A DNA stretch of 64,000 bases, from assembly GCA_038882955.1 (NCBI GenBank), contig JAVZNC010000002.1, forward strand, positions 203,691 to 267,690. The letters are read 5' to 3'. This DNA comes from Candidatus Bathyarchaeia archaeon. Its GTDB lineage: Archaea; Thermoproteota; Bathyarchaeia; Bathyarchaeales; Bathycorpusculaceae. Below, piece by piece: positions 28,294-37,198 of this stretch. The notes under the pieces are model-generated. The model had not been told where the DNA came from. It searched no databases and was given only the letters and a program-made list of their open reading frames with translations. A program made the translations under genes and the position numbers. How positions within the stretch are numbered: position 1 is the stretch's first letter; each line of letters opens with the position of its first letter.

Positions 28294-29010
28294 TTAAGTT
28301 TTTGCGGCTTCCCTCTTACGTTTTAGATTTTCCACCGTCTTTGCGACACCATTCCAGCCTTCAGTTGCCTTCGAATGAATTATTTCAAAAGCCTCCCTTG
28401 ATGTCAGCTTTGGCAGTTCTTCACCAACAGCTCTTCTTGTTAGATAGGCTGCGGCGTTAAGCACTTCTCCGTTTAGGCGTGAATCAATTAAATCTGCTAG
28501 GTGGCAAATTAGTGCTTCTATTGTGTGCGGTCTGATTGGTCCGTACTCACCATGATGTGCTGAGATTACATGAATAACTTCTATTGGAAATTTTCTTCGT
28601 ACAAGTTCTGCTATCACCATTGAAAGGTGGTCCATATAATCTACTAGGCTTGTCGTTGCGTAGCTTCCATTCTCCTTCGCAATGTATGTTAAAGGTTTAA
28701 AAATGTCGTGGAGCAGCACTCCAGCCAGAACAAAGTCGCGGTTTACTTTTCCATGATACACTTTTTCCACGCAGTCGCATATTGTGAGCGCTATTTTCGC
28801 TGTTGAAACGACATGTTCAATATATCCTCCAGCGTAACAGTGATGATGCGACAAGCCAGCGGGCGACACGTCGAGAGGCATGCCAGAATAAGTTTTTCCG
28901 CCAACCTCAAACGTTGGATTCTCCAAAAACTCCATAACTTTCTTCCGCAGTTTCTCATCACGAATTTTGTTGGCTACCGCTTTAAGCTTCGGGTTAAGCA
29001 ACATTCTCAC
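28294..29010 (-). CDS. HD-domain phosphohydrolase or possible nuclease (YhaM-like HD module).
   Basis: SHHHCYAGGYIEH, LLHDIFK, SAHHG and HLADLID metal-ligand motifs. Confidence 0.65.
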   Translation of the reverse strand: MRMLLNPKLKAVANKIRDEKLRKKVMEFLENPTFEVGGKTYSGMPLDVSPAGLSHHHCYAGGYIEHVVSTAKIALTICDCVEKVYHGKVNRDFVLAGVLLHDIFKPLTYIAKENGSYATTSLVDYMDHLSMVIAELVRRKFPIEVIHVISAHHGEYGPIRPHTIEALICHLADLIDSRLNGEVLNAAAYLTRRAVGEELPKLTSREAFEIIHSKATEGWNGVAKTVENLKRKREAAKT

Positions 29011-29013
29011 TTG

Positions 29014-29694
29014 TCACATGTTAAGAGCCTTACGCATATTGATTTTTCGTTTTTCCGCGGTAGCCGCCTCATGCGCCTTTAAGATTGGCTCGGGAATCCT
29101 TCCAGTCACAGTGCAGTGTTGAACAGTTTTAACCGCAGTTTCCAAAGAAACCATGTGTCCAACGCTAACGTAAACGGGCTTACATCCGTTTTTTGTTACA
29201 ACCGCGGCGCCAACAACTTTACCTTTATGTTTCAAAAAAGTAATAGATCCTCCATGGATACGTTCTTCCTCTCCGAATAATCGACTTTTGGCTACACCGA
29301 TTGTTGGTTTTCGCAAAACCAATCCTAAATGACTTGCGAAACCGCAGTGGTATGGGTGGGCGAAACCATGTCCATCAACAAGAAAAACGTCAGGTTGCGT
29401 CTGCAACTTTTTTATGCTTAGTACTGTGGGAGGGACTTCTCTAAAAGACAAAAGTGTCGGAACGTATGGAAAGCGTGTCTCACAAGCGGCGGTTTTGCAC
29501 TCTAAAAGCCTAAGCGTGTCATAATCCAACACTGCCACGGCGCCTAACGACAAATTCTTCGCGTATGCCACATCAACGCCAGCAACATAACGTATTTTCC
29601 TAGGCAATTTATCCTCAAAAATTATCCTTTGCGATAGGCGAATTTGCGTTTTATGAGCCTTCCCAACAGAAAAATTCTTGGGTACCTTGTTCAT
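29014..29694 (-). CDS. nfi: Endonuclease V.
   Basis: VAGVDVAY.., FPYVPTLLSFREVP, VDGHGFAHP, GFASHLG. Confidence 0.85.
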   Translation of the reverse strand: MNKVPKNFSVGKAHKTQIRLSQRIIFEDKLPRKIRYVAGVDVAYAKNLSLGAVAVLDYDTLRLLECKTAACETRFPYVPTLLSFREVPPTVLSIKKLQTQPDVFLVDGHGFAHPYHCGFASHLGLVLRKPTIGVAKSRLFGEEERIHGGSITFLKHKGKVVGAAVVTKNGCKPVYVSVGHMVSLETAVKTVQHCTVTGRIPEPILKAHEAATAEKRKINMRKALNM

Positions 29695-29698
29695 AATT

Positions 29699-30334
29699 TT
29701 ATTTTTTCCTTAAATGGTGCTCTAAACCCTTGAGATATTTTTCTAAAGCGCTTCTTCTAATCTCTTGGGTTACGTCGCCCCGCGTAGTCTCAATAATTTT
29801 TCTTGCAGTGTCGCATTTTCTTCGTAAGCCTGGAACAAGCATGTATGCTTCGTTCATCGCCATAAGCTCAATGTAGATTTCATCCATTATTTTCAAACAT
29901 TTCTCACTCTTTTTAACGTTACCTTCTCGCAATGCATCAAGAGCCAAACGCCTATATTCTCCTATAACGTCTGCTAGCCCAAGAACATAATCCACAGAAG
30001 GCACGGCAATCTCTTTTGGCGTTACAAAGCGCTCTTCCTCTACTATTTTTAGGAATATGTTTGCTTCAGAGTACTCTTGAAGCGCCGCGTCATAGAGTCC
30101 ACTGTAAATAATGTCTGGATGGGCGGCGGAAGCGTTGTTAAGTTCTAAAATAATCTCTTTTGCCTTTTTAACGAGTTTTTCCGCTTCCTTCAATCTCTTT
30201 TGATGTATGAAGAGTATTGCCTGTTTTGAAAGGCTTGTTGCCTTTCGCATGTTGTTTTGTGCGTTTTCTCGAATTTTTTCTTTCTCTTTCAGTTCTTTGC
30301 GTATCTCTTCTAAAACCGCCTTTAATGAACTCAT
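29699..30334 (-). CDS. Translin-family protein.
   Basis: All-helical, about 210 aa. Contains LQEYSEANIF and VDYVLGLADVIGEYRRLALDAL, the translin DYLLG..DL.GEL.R pattern. Confidence 0.7.
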   Translation of the reverse strand: MSSLKAVLEEIRKELKEKEKIRENAQNNMRKATSLSKQAILFIHQKRLKEAEKLVKKAKEIILELNNASAAHPDIIYSGLYDAALQEYSEANIFLKIVEEERFVTPKEIAVPSVDYVLGLADVIGEYRRLALDALREGNVKKSEKCLKIMDEIYIELMAMNEAYMLVPGLRRKCDTARKIIETTRGDVTQEIRRSALEKYLKGLEHHLRKK

Positions 30335-30436
30335 TTGCTTTTCGCCTTTGCATATATCTAGAATTGTTTGTGCTTATAATTTTCGTGATTAAAAATAGTA
30401 TGGGAATGGGAGAACGTTAAAGGATGGAAAATGCAC

Positions 30437-30637
30437 TTATTGTTTTTGTTGTGGTGGTTCCTTCCATCGTTCTATGGTGAGTTTTTCTTCTCCGCCAACC
30501 TTAAAACCGACCTTCACGAACACGGAGTCTGCACCTTTGAATGGAAACATGCTGTCCTCTGCCAAGTCTTTTGGTATGTAAATCAAGTATTTTCCATCCT
30601 TTCTTCTGAACAGTCTACCTCTTCCTTCGTTGACCAT
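30437..30637 (-). CDS. Small protein, possibly AbrB/SpoVT-like swapped-hairpin fold.
   Basis: GKYLIYIPKDLAEDSMFPFKG..VFVKV resembles the G..I.IPK pattern. This is weak evidence. Confidence 0.3.
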   Translation of the reverse strand: MVNEGRGRLFRRKDGKYLIYIPKDLAEDSMFPFKGADSVFVKVGFKVGGEEKLTIERWKEPPQQKQ

Positions 30638-30777
30638 TGTTCCACCTCAATTTAATCTTGAGTTTAAAGCGGTATAAAGGCGAATTATATAAGGTTTATT
30701 CTCATTTAATTCATTAAAAATTGTTTACATTTAAAATAACACTGAAAAAATGAATTAATTGCCAGAGGAATCCGCAG

Positions 30778-31734
30778 CTATCCAAATCTGATGGCACGCT
30801 GCACTTTACCCAACAATACAACTCTGCTTTCTGGCGCCTCATCAAGAACGTCATAACCCGTTTCCTCTGCAATCTTGTACGCGAAATCGCAAATTTCTCC
30901 GTGGCTTGGCATGTTTTCAAATCCCAAACGTAGCCGCGAGAATCCAACATGCATGTACGCTTTTGGTTCCACGTAAGTGGGACTTGCCTTTTCAATTAGC
31001 TTCGCATAACCCTCAATGTTTCTCATGTTCAAATCCTTAACTGAAGTTATCCTGATAACGGTTGGACATTTAAAACTGGGCAAAAGCTTCAAAGTCTCGT
31101 TAAGCCTTTCCCAAGCCTCTGGAATCTGTGGACGGCAAATTTTTTTGAATGTTTCTTCGTCTGGAGCGCAAACAGAGATGTAGAGCTGTGTGGGCTCTTC
31201 TTCAAGGTTCGCTAAAACTTTGGGCAATGTTCCATTAGAGACTAGAAATGTTGTAAAACCTCTCTTGTGAAATGCTTTAATCAAATCGCTTATATGCCCA
31301 TACAATGTGGGCTCACCAGTCAAACTTATGGCAGCATGTCTGGGAGTGGAGGCCTCTCTAAATTTTTGTTTATCTGCTTTGGGGTTGCCTTTGTATCCGC
31401 TTAAAATTTTAAGTTGGGCTTTGATGCTTTCTTCCACTATGAGTTCTGGTGAGTCCCACTTTGGCGTTTTTGTTTCGTTCCATTGAATTTTTAAGTCGCC
31501 GCTTTGTGCCCTCCAACAGAATAGGCATTGTTGTGTGCAATAGAAGAGTGCGGGGGTCATTTGTATGCACTGGTGCGTCTTTATTCCATAAAATTTCTGT
31601 TTGTAGCATGGTCTGTTGTTGATTAGGGTTTCGTAAAACCATCTGCACCTTTTGACGGCTGAGTGTCTGCCTATGATGTGGTATTTCTGCCTTTTTAGTG
31701 CTTGTATTAGCACTTGTGGAACCGCGTTTTCCAA
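30778..31734 (-). CDS. taw1: tRNA 4-demethylwyosine synthase Taw1/TYW1 (radical SAM).
   Basis: Radical-SAM CTQQCLFCWR cluster plus N-terminal auxiliary Cys (KRCRW..CYK). Length is ~318 aa. Confidence 0.85.
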   Translation of the reverse strand: MENAVPQVLIQALKRQKYHIIGRHSAVKRCRWFYETLINNRPCYKQKFYGIKTHQCIQMTPALFYCTQQCLFCWRAQSGDLKIQWNETKTPKWDSPELIVEESIKAQLKILSGYKGNPKADKQKFREASTPRHAAISLTGEPTLYGHISDLIKAFHKRGFTTFLVSNGTLPKVLANLEEEPTQLYISVCAPDEETFKKICRPQIPEAWERLNETLKLLPSFKCPTVIRITSVKDLNMRNIEGYAKLIEKASPTYVEPKAYMHVGFSRLRLGFENMPSHGEICDFAYKIAEETGYDVLDEAPESRVVLLGKVQRAIRFG

Positions 31735-31784
31735 GTTTTCTCACTCATGCTAATAGCGTAAAAGTGCGCCCTAAATAAAACAGT

Positions 31785-33002
31785 TTATTCGTCAAAGCAG
31801 TATTCCAGCTTTTGGAATTCAGCGCAAAGTTTGGCGACATCTCTTTTAACATTTTCAGGTCTTTCCTCGTCGACAAGCACTCTTTTTATCAGTTCAGCTA
31901 TTCTATGCATTTCAGCCTCTTTCATTCCACGCCTAGTAACCTCACAAGTGCCAACCCTTATGACACAGTCCACAATTATGTTTACACGTTGAAGTTTCTC
32001 CGCCTTTGCCCGTCCCTTTTCATAATCGCCATAATCCAGCAAAATCTGATGCGATTGCGTAAAGCCCAGATGTTTGCATGCAACTGGAAGCCCGTAGTCG
32101 TACAGAGCCTTTGCCAACTCTTGTGCGTTTCTCACAACTTGCCGTGCATAGGCTTTGCCGAACTTTTTCATTTCAGCCAAAGCTAGGGTTAATGCTGCAA
32201 TTCGGTTCCAATGCGCGTTATCCACAAATGCTGGATAAATTTTCTCCTTGAGAATTTCTCCATGCTCCCTATCCGCCAAGATTATTCCGCCTTGCGGACC
32301 AAAAAATGTTTTATGGGTTGATCCGAAAAGCGCGTGTGCGCCTTCTCTTAGCGGGTCTTGGAACTGTTCTCCAGCAATCAGTCCCATAACATGTGAACCG
32401 TCAAACCCGACGGTCGCGCCGTTTTCCTTTGCAATTTCAGCAAGTTCCTTGACTGGTTGTGGAAAAACGATTATGCTTGCGCCAAAAACAACAAGTTTTG
32501 GCTTGACGCGTTTTATTTTTTCTTTTGCTTCTTCTACTTTTATGCTCATGTCGCTTTTTGAAAAGGGGAAGGGCACTGCGTTTAATTTTAATAGTCTAGC
32601 TAGTCCGTCCTTCCACATTCCAGGGTATCCGCCGTTATCTGGGGATAAGCACATGAGCGTGTCGTTTGGCTTTGTGAAGTTGGCTATGAATATTAGGTCT
32701 GCGATGTGTCCCGAAAGTGGGCGTAAATCGGCAACTTCAGCCTTAAAGAGGTCTTTTGCAAGTTTTTCTCCATATGCTTCAACTTCGTCTAGAAAGCGTG
32801 TTCCCATGTAAAAGCGGTCTCTTGCTGTATAGCGATTTCCGAACTCCGAAGAAAGGAGCTTTCGGACAGATGGGCTCATTACATTTTCTGAAGGGATTAG
32901 GTTTAGGCATTGTTTTCCGCGCCATTCTTCATGCTGCTCAGCCAAGGCGAGAATTTCCTCAATCACCTTATTCACCACGAATGTGCAAAGTTTACCGCGC
33001 AC
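31785..33002 (-). CDS. glyA: Serine hydroxymethyltransferase.
   Basis: LNLIPSENVMSP, and GSTHKTFFGPQGG with the PLP lysine. Confidence 0.9.
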   Translation of the reverse strand: MRGKLCTFVVNKVIEEILALAEQHEEWRGKQCLNLIPSENVMSPSVRKLLSSEFGNRYTARDRFYMGTRFLDEVEAYGEKLAKDLFKAEVADLRPLSGHIADLIFIANFTKPNDTLMCLSPDNGGYPGMWKDGLARLLKLNAVPFPFSKSDMSIKVEEAKEKIKRVKPKLVVFGASIIVFPQPVKELAEIAKENGATVGFDGSHVMGLIAGEQFQDPLREGAHALFGSTHKTFFGPQGGIILADREHGEILKEKIYPAFVDNAHWNRIAALTLALAEMKKFGKAYARQVVRNAQELAKALYDYGLPVACKHLGFTQSHQILLDYGDYEKGRAKAEKLQRVNIIVDCVIRVGTCEVTRRGMKEAEMHRIAELIKRVLVDEERPENVKRDVAKLCAEFQKLEYCFDE

Positions 33003-33159
33003 GTAAATTTACTTTTCTATTTTCGCCTAGTTTTCTTGACGTGTTTTGCGGCTCTAATTACGTTTAAGGTAGTTTAAGCCATGTTATCGAAAGTAAAGTT
33101 AAAATGCTCCCTAGTATTAGAAGTGTTCACATCTCGCATGTATTTCAGAGGGAACATGC

Positions 33160-35271
33160 TTGAAAACAACTGTGCCAAACAAAATTAAGTCAATCCTGTT
33201 CTTATCACTTCTGCTGTCATCAATCCTGTTTACATTTTCATTTTTTCCTTCAGCAAAAGCTGAAACAAAAATCCTCTCTATAAATCCCACTTCTGGGAAT
33301 GTTGGAACAAACGTCACATTAACAGCAAACGTGAGCAATCTAGGCGCGTATAGAATATTGTTCGACGGGAATGAAATTTTAAGCGGAGAAGCCACAGAAA
33401 ACAACATAACAGCAAGCTTTATCATACCGCATGCGCCGCAAGGCGCCCACAACATTACGTTAATTGATGCAATGGGAGAAAACGACACCGGAAGCTTTAC
33501 CATTTTAACGTTTCAGTCGTTTAAGCCTCAAGTTCCAGAGCCTCCAGCACAGCTACAAGAGGGTGCAAGCTTGACAATCACTGTTAATATTACCGGGGGC
33601 TTGGCTAATCACACCTATCCGAAAATTATGGTTCAAGCGCCACGCGAAGACTTGAACTATACCTTGCGAAATGGCGTCAACATCACAACTGATGCTTCTG
33701 GAACCTGCCTCTTTAATGTCACATACCCAGACGATTTCGCGGAAGGCGCAAATACAAACTTCACTGGGTATTATAAGATATTTTTCAATGAAACCTTTGC
33801 AGACTATTTTTTTGTTGGCATTACGAACGCAAGAGCCTATCATAGAGGAGATATCGTCAACATAAAGGCGGTTAACTATCCAGTAAACGGGAACGTCACG
33901 ATTGCAATAAAGTTTGGAAACGAGACAATAGACACTATAACCTACAACGCCACGGATGGAACAGTAAACTATGATTGGCTTGTTCCAAATAACGTGCTTG
34001 TAAGCAACGCAACCCACACCTACAATGTAACCATAACGCCAGTGCCAACAACCAAGAACTTCACAGACACTCAGACATTTGATATTTTAGGCTTTAACAC
34101 GACAGTTTATACGCTTAATCGTGCTGGAAAAAGCGTTTCAGGTGTTTTGGTAAAGGTGCACGATATATCTGCGAATGCCAACTATACAAACAGCAGCGGA
34201 GTAGGCGGATATGCCAATTTTATGCTTGAGATAGGCGATTATACGGCTGAAGCCTACTTCAGGGACGTGAAGGTTGGCGATGGTTTACTGTTCAGCGTTA
34301 CGAGAGATGCTGTGCTAAACTTTTCCTTTACTTGTAACATAACAAGCCTAAACATAATTGTCGAAAATGAGCGTGGCGTGCGCATTCCACGCGTGAACAT
34401 AACGCTCACTTATAATTACACTACAAATTATGGCACGCCAGAAAACAGAACCGCCACAGAATACAATGAAACAAAAATTGATGGGTTAGCCGTTTTTCCA
34501 GCAGTACTTCCCAACGTAACATGCGTGGTGAATGCTTCACTTTATGGGCTAGTTTTTAACATTGGCAACAACACCATTCCCGATTTACCAGTCGCCGAAT
34601 GCGTTAACGTGATGGTTCTTTATCCAACCAGAAGGCTTAACATTCAAGTTTTAGATGTAAACAACCAGCCAATTCCATCGGCAACATTGAAAGCCCAAGA
34701 GCTAACCGTTGGATTGTTTACTGAAGGAGATGTTGTTAACGGAAATGCCACCTTAAACTGCACTTTCGGAAGATACTCTGTCAAAATTTTCTTTAGCGAT
34801 ATACTCTTAAATGAAACGGTGTTTGATTTAACTTCTGGCGATGTTGAATTTAATGTAACAATCAAATGTCAGCTTTACGGCTTAAACATAGCAGTCAAAG
34901 TTGTCGATTACTTTGGTCAACCAATATCTGGTGCCAACGTAATATTGCATCGCGGTTTGTTACAAGACGCTAAACAGACAGATTCAGGGGGCACAGTCAC
35001 GTTCGCAAATGCCGTTGGCGGAGAAATACAAATAAACGTCTATATGCCAGGGCATTCAGAACCATGTGTCACCAAGAATTTTAATGTTGGAGTTTCAACG
35101 GTGCTTACCATCAAGATTGATAGATATGTTGTTCTAGCTGGCTTTCTTGTGGAGACGGGATGCTTGGCTACTGCAATGATAATTGTCATAACAGCTCTAG
35201 TCATAATAGTCTTGGAAGTTTATAGGAGAAAGCGTTTCAAGCGTCAAGAGGCTAAAGAGGAGCAGAAATAA
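33160..35271 (+). CDS. Heavily N-glycosylation-sequon-rich secreted surface (S-layer-like) protein with a C-terminal TM anchor.
   Basis: Signal peptide ..FFPSAKA/ETK. I counted about 34 N-x-S/T sequons by hand in 703 aa. There are four carboxypeptidase-regulatory-like beta-sandwich repeats in the C-terminal half. The C-terminus is VLAGFLVETGCLATAMIIVITALVIIVLEVYRRKRFKR. TTG start. Confidence 0.6.
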   Translation: MKTTVPNKIKSILFLSLLLSSILFTFSFFPSAKAETKILSINPTSGNVGTNVTLTANVSNLGAYRILFDGNEILSGEATENNITASFIIPHAPQGAHNITLIDAMGENDTGSFTILTFQSFKPQVPEPPAQLQEGASLTITVNITGGLANHTYPKIMVQAPREDLNYTLRNGVNITTDASGTCLFNVTYPDDFAEGANTNFTGYYKIFFNETFADYFFVGITNARAYHRGDIVNIKAVNYPVNGNVTIAIKFGNETIDTITYNATDGTVNYDWLVPNNVLVSNATHTYNVTITPVPTTKNFTDTQTFDILGFNTTVYTLNRAGKSVSGVLVKVHDISANANYTNSSGVGGYANFMLEIGDYTAEAYFRDVKVGDGLLFSVTRDAVLNFSFTCNITSLNIIVENERGVRIPRVNITLTYNYTTNYGTPENRTATEYNETKIDGLAVFPAVLPNVTCVVNASLYGLVFNIGNNTIPDLPVAECVNVMVLYPTRRLNIQVLDVNNQPIPSATLKAQELTVGLFTEGDVVNGNATLNCTFGRYSVKIFFSDILLNETVFDLTSGDVEFNVTIKCQLYGLNIAVKVVDYFGQPISGANVILHRGLLQDAKQTDSGGTVTFANAVGGEIQINVYMPGHSEPCVTKNFNVGVSTVLTIKIDRYVVLAGFLVETGCLATAMIIVITALVIIVLEVYRRKRFKRQEAKEEQK

Positions 35272-35362
35272 GGAGTCGTGTGGAAAAAAGTTTAATATTC
35301 CCTCTATGCAAGAATATTTCAGAGAGCCGTTGATGCGAGAAGTTTTGAAACAATAAAGGGTT

Positions 35363-35659
35363 GTGCGTGTGTTGGCGCAGGGGAAAACTTGTTCTCCAAC
35401 ATGTCAAGCCTTCAAGTGCACCCAGAATGCTGCAGTCTATAGGCGTGATGGCGTGTGGTGTAGGTGGACTGAAGAGACATGCGACGTTGCAAACTGTAGG
35501 TACGCTATTTGCGTTAAGAGGCGCCTACTCCCTAGAGGGATATGCGGCGAAACCGTGAAAAGAAAAACTGTTGAAAAGCCACCAGAGGAAGTTGTTGGAC
35601 CCGCAATAAAGCTTCGCGGTAGAGCGCTTCGCAAAATTGGCGAAAAAGAAATCTTTTAG
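35363..35659 (+). CDS. Small Cys-rich basic protein of unknown function.
   Basis: There are 9 Cys in the first 62 aa (CSPTC..C..C..C..C..C..C), followed by a Lys/Arg-rich tail. GTG start. Confidence 0.4.
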   Translation: MRVLAQGKTCSPTCQAFKCTQNAAVYRRDGVWCRWTEETCDVANCRYAICVKRRLLPRGICGETVKRKTVEKPPEEVVGPAIKLRGRALRKIGEKEIF

Positions 35660-35688
35660 GCGTCTGTTAAACGGTTCACTCTCTCTTT

Positions 35689-35850
35689 TTATCTTGCCTG
35701 AATTCGCTTAACAACAGGAGGCTTTATCTTCTTTAAAATTCTATAGCCGCAGGTCGTGCACTTTATTTCCCCACCGCGGAGCTCCAACTCTTCAGATGAA
35801 ACTTTTGCCCCGCACCTTACACACTCGTACACAATTCCAGTTTTAGCCAT
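35689..35850 (-). CDS. rpoP: DNA-directed RNA polymerase subunit P (Rpo12).
   Basis: MAKTGIVYECVRCGAKV...IKCTTCGYRILKKIKPPVVKRIQAR is the canonical Zn-ribbon RpoP. Alternative upstream ATGs are at 35856 and 35904. Confidence 0.75.
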   Translation of the reverse strand: MAKTGIVYECVRCGAKVSSEELELRGGEIKCTTCGYRILKKIKPPVVKRIQAR

Positions 35851-35929
35851 AACCATCCCTTTACCAAGAGAAGGCATTTTGCTTTTAAATGTTTCCAAAC
35901 ACAACTAATCTGGTGAAGGATGAAAAGCC

Positions 35930-36787
35930 TTGAGAAAACGCTTGAAAAACGCTTTGTCAATGGTGCTTTCTCCAAGCGAACTTGCACATTTGTATAGCTC
36001 CTACGACATTGTGGGAGACATAGCAATCATACGCCTAACACCACAATCAAAAGGGCACGGCGAAGTTATTGCAAAAACGCTGATGGGAATACATAAAAAT
36101 GTGCGAACAGTTCTAGCGCAAACAGGACCAGTTGCTGGAGAGTTTAGACTTCGAACATTGGAGCACATTGCTGGCGAACGCAAAACAAACACTGTTCACA
36201 AAGAGTCTGGATGTGTCTTCCATGTTGATGTACAAAAGTGCTACTTTTCTCCAAGACTTTTTTACGAGAGAATGCGAATCGCGAAACAAGTAAAGAGTGG
36301 GGAAACAGTCGTAAACATGTTTGCTGGTGTTGGCTGCTTTTCAATTATCATTGCAAAACACTCCGATGTCTCAAAAGTGTATTCAATTGACATTAACCAT
36401 GCAGCAATCGAGTACGTGAAGGAAAACGTAAGGCTGAATAGGGTTTATGGCAAAGTCGTGCCTTTGCTTGGCGACGCAAAGGAAATAATTGAAGACAAAT
36501 TGCGTCATGTTGCTGACCGCGTTCTGATGCCTCTGCCGGAAAAAGCCTTTGAATACTTGCCCTACGCTTTGTTGGCGCTTAAAGAAAATGGCGGATGGAT
36601 ACACTACTACGATTTTGAACACGCAAGCAAGAACGAGGATGCCGTTAAGAAAGTTAAGCTAAAAGTTGCCGGCAAACTCGCCGAATTGGGCGTTAATTTT
36701 GAAATCCCGTTTGGACGTATAGTAAGGGCTACGGGTCCAAACTGGTATCAAGTTGTTTTAGACGCTAAAGTTAATCCTCAACATTAA
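35930..36787 (+). CDS. Trm5/Taw2 (TYW2) family tRNA methyl/aminocarboxypropyl transferase.
   Basis: YDIVGDIAII, VVNMFAGVGCFSI SAM motif, NP-like region. Trm5 and Taw2 cannot be distinguished by eye. Confidence 0.75.
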   Translation: MRKRLKNALSMVLSPSELAHLYSSYDIVGDIAIIRLTPQSKGHGEVIAKTLMGIHKNVRTVLAQTGPVAGEFRLRTLEHIAGERKTNTVHKESGCVFHVDVQKCYFSPRLFYERMRIAKQVKSGETVVNMFAGVGCFSIIIAKHSDVSKVYSIDINHAAIEYVKENVRLNRVYGKVVPLLGDAKEIIEDKLRHVADRVLMPLPEKAFEYLPYALLALKENGGWIHYYDFEHASKNEDAVKKVKLKVAGKLAELGVNFEIPFGRIVRATGPNWYQVVLDAKVNPQH

Positions 36788-36842
36788 GTGGGCATAAAAT
36801 GTTTTATAGGTTTGAAGCCAAAGTGTTTGGAGATGATGCGAT

Positions 36843-37124
36843 ATGAAGCGGAAGCTTATGGAAATCCTTGCATGCCCCATCGATAAACACTATCCGTTAG
36901 AACTTCATGTATTCGAGGAAAAGGATGAGATTGTTGAAGGCTTGATTGTCTGTCCAAAATGTTTGAGGTGGTATCCTATACGCGACGAGATCCCAGAAAT
37001 GCTGCCCGACGAGCTTCGGAAAGAAAGCGAGGATTTGCCGTTTCTAAAAAAGTGGAAGGAGAAGATTCCAGAAAAAATTTTGCTCGAAGGCAAGCCATTC
37101 AACTTAAAAGGTAAACATGCCTAA
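36843..37124 (+). CDS. trm112: Trm112-family methyltransferase activator protein.
   Basis: LMEILACPIDKH..LIVCPKCLRWYPIRDEIPEML Zn-knuckle pattern. Confidence 0.75.
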   Translation: MKRKLMEILACPIDKHYPLELHVFEEKDEIVEGLIVCPKCLRWYPIRDEIPEMLPDELRKESEDLPFLKKWKEKIPEKILLEGKPFNLKGKHA

Positions 37125-37198
37125 TCGTGAAAAACTAGAGAGGGCTATCAATTTAGCAATTTTCGAACTGCTAAAATCGATGCAGACATGCGAAAGGG

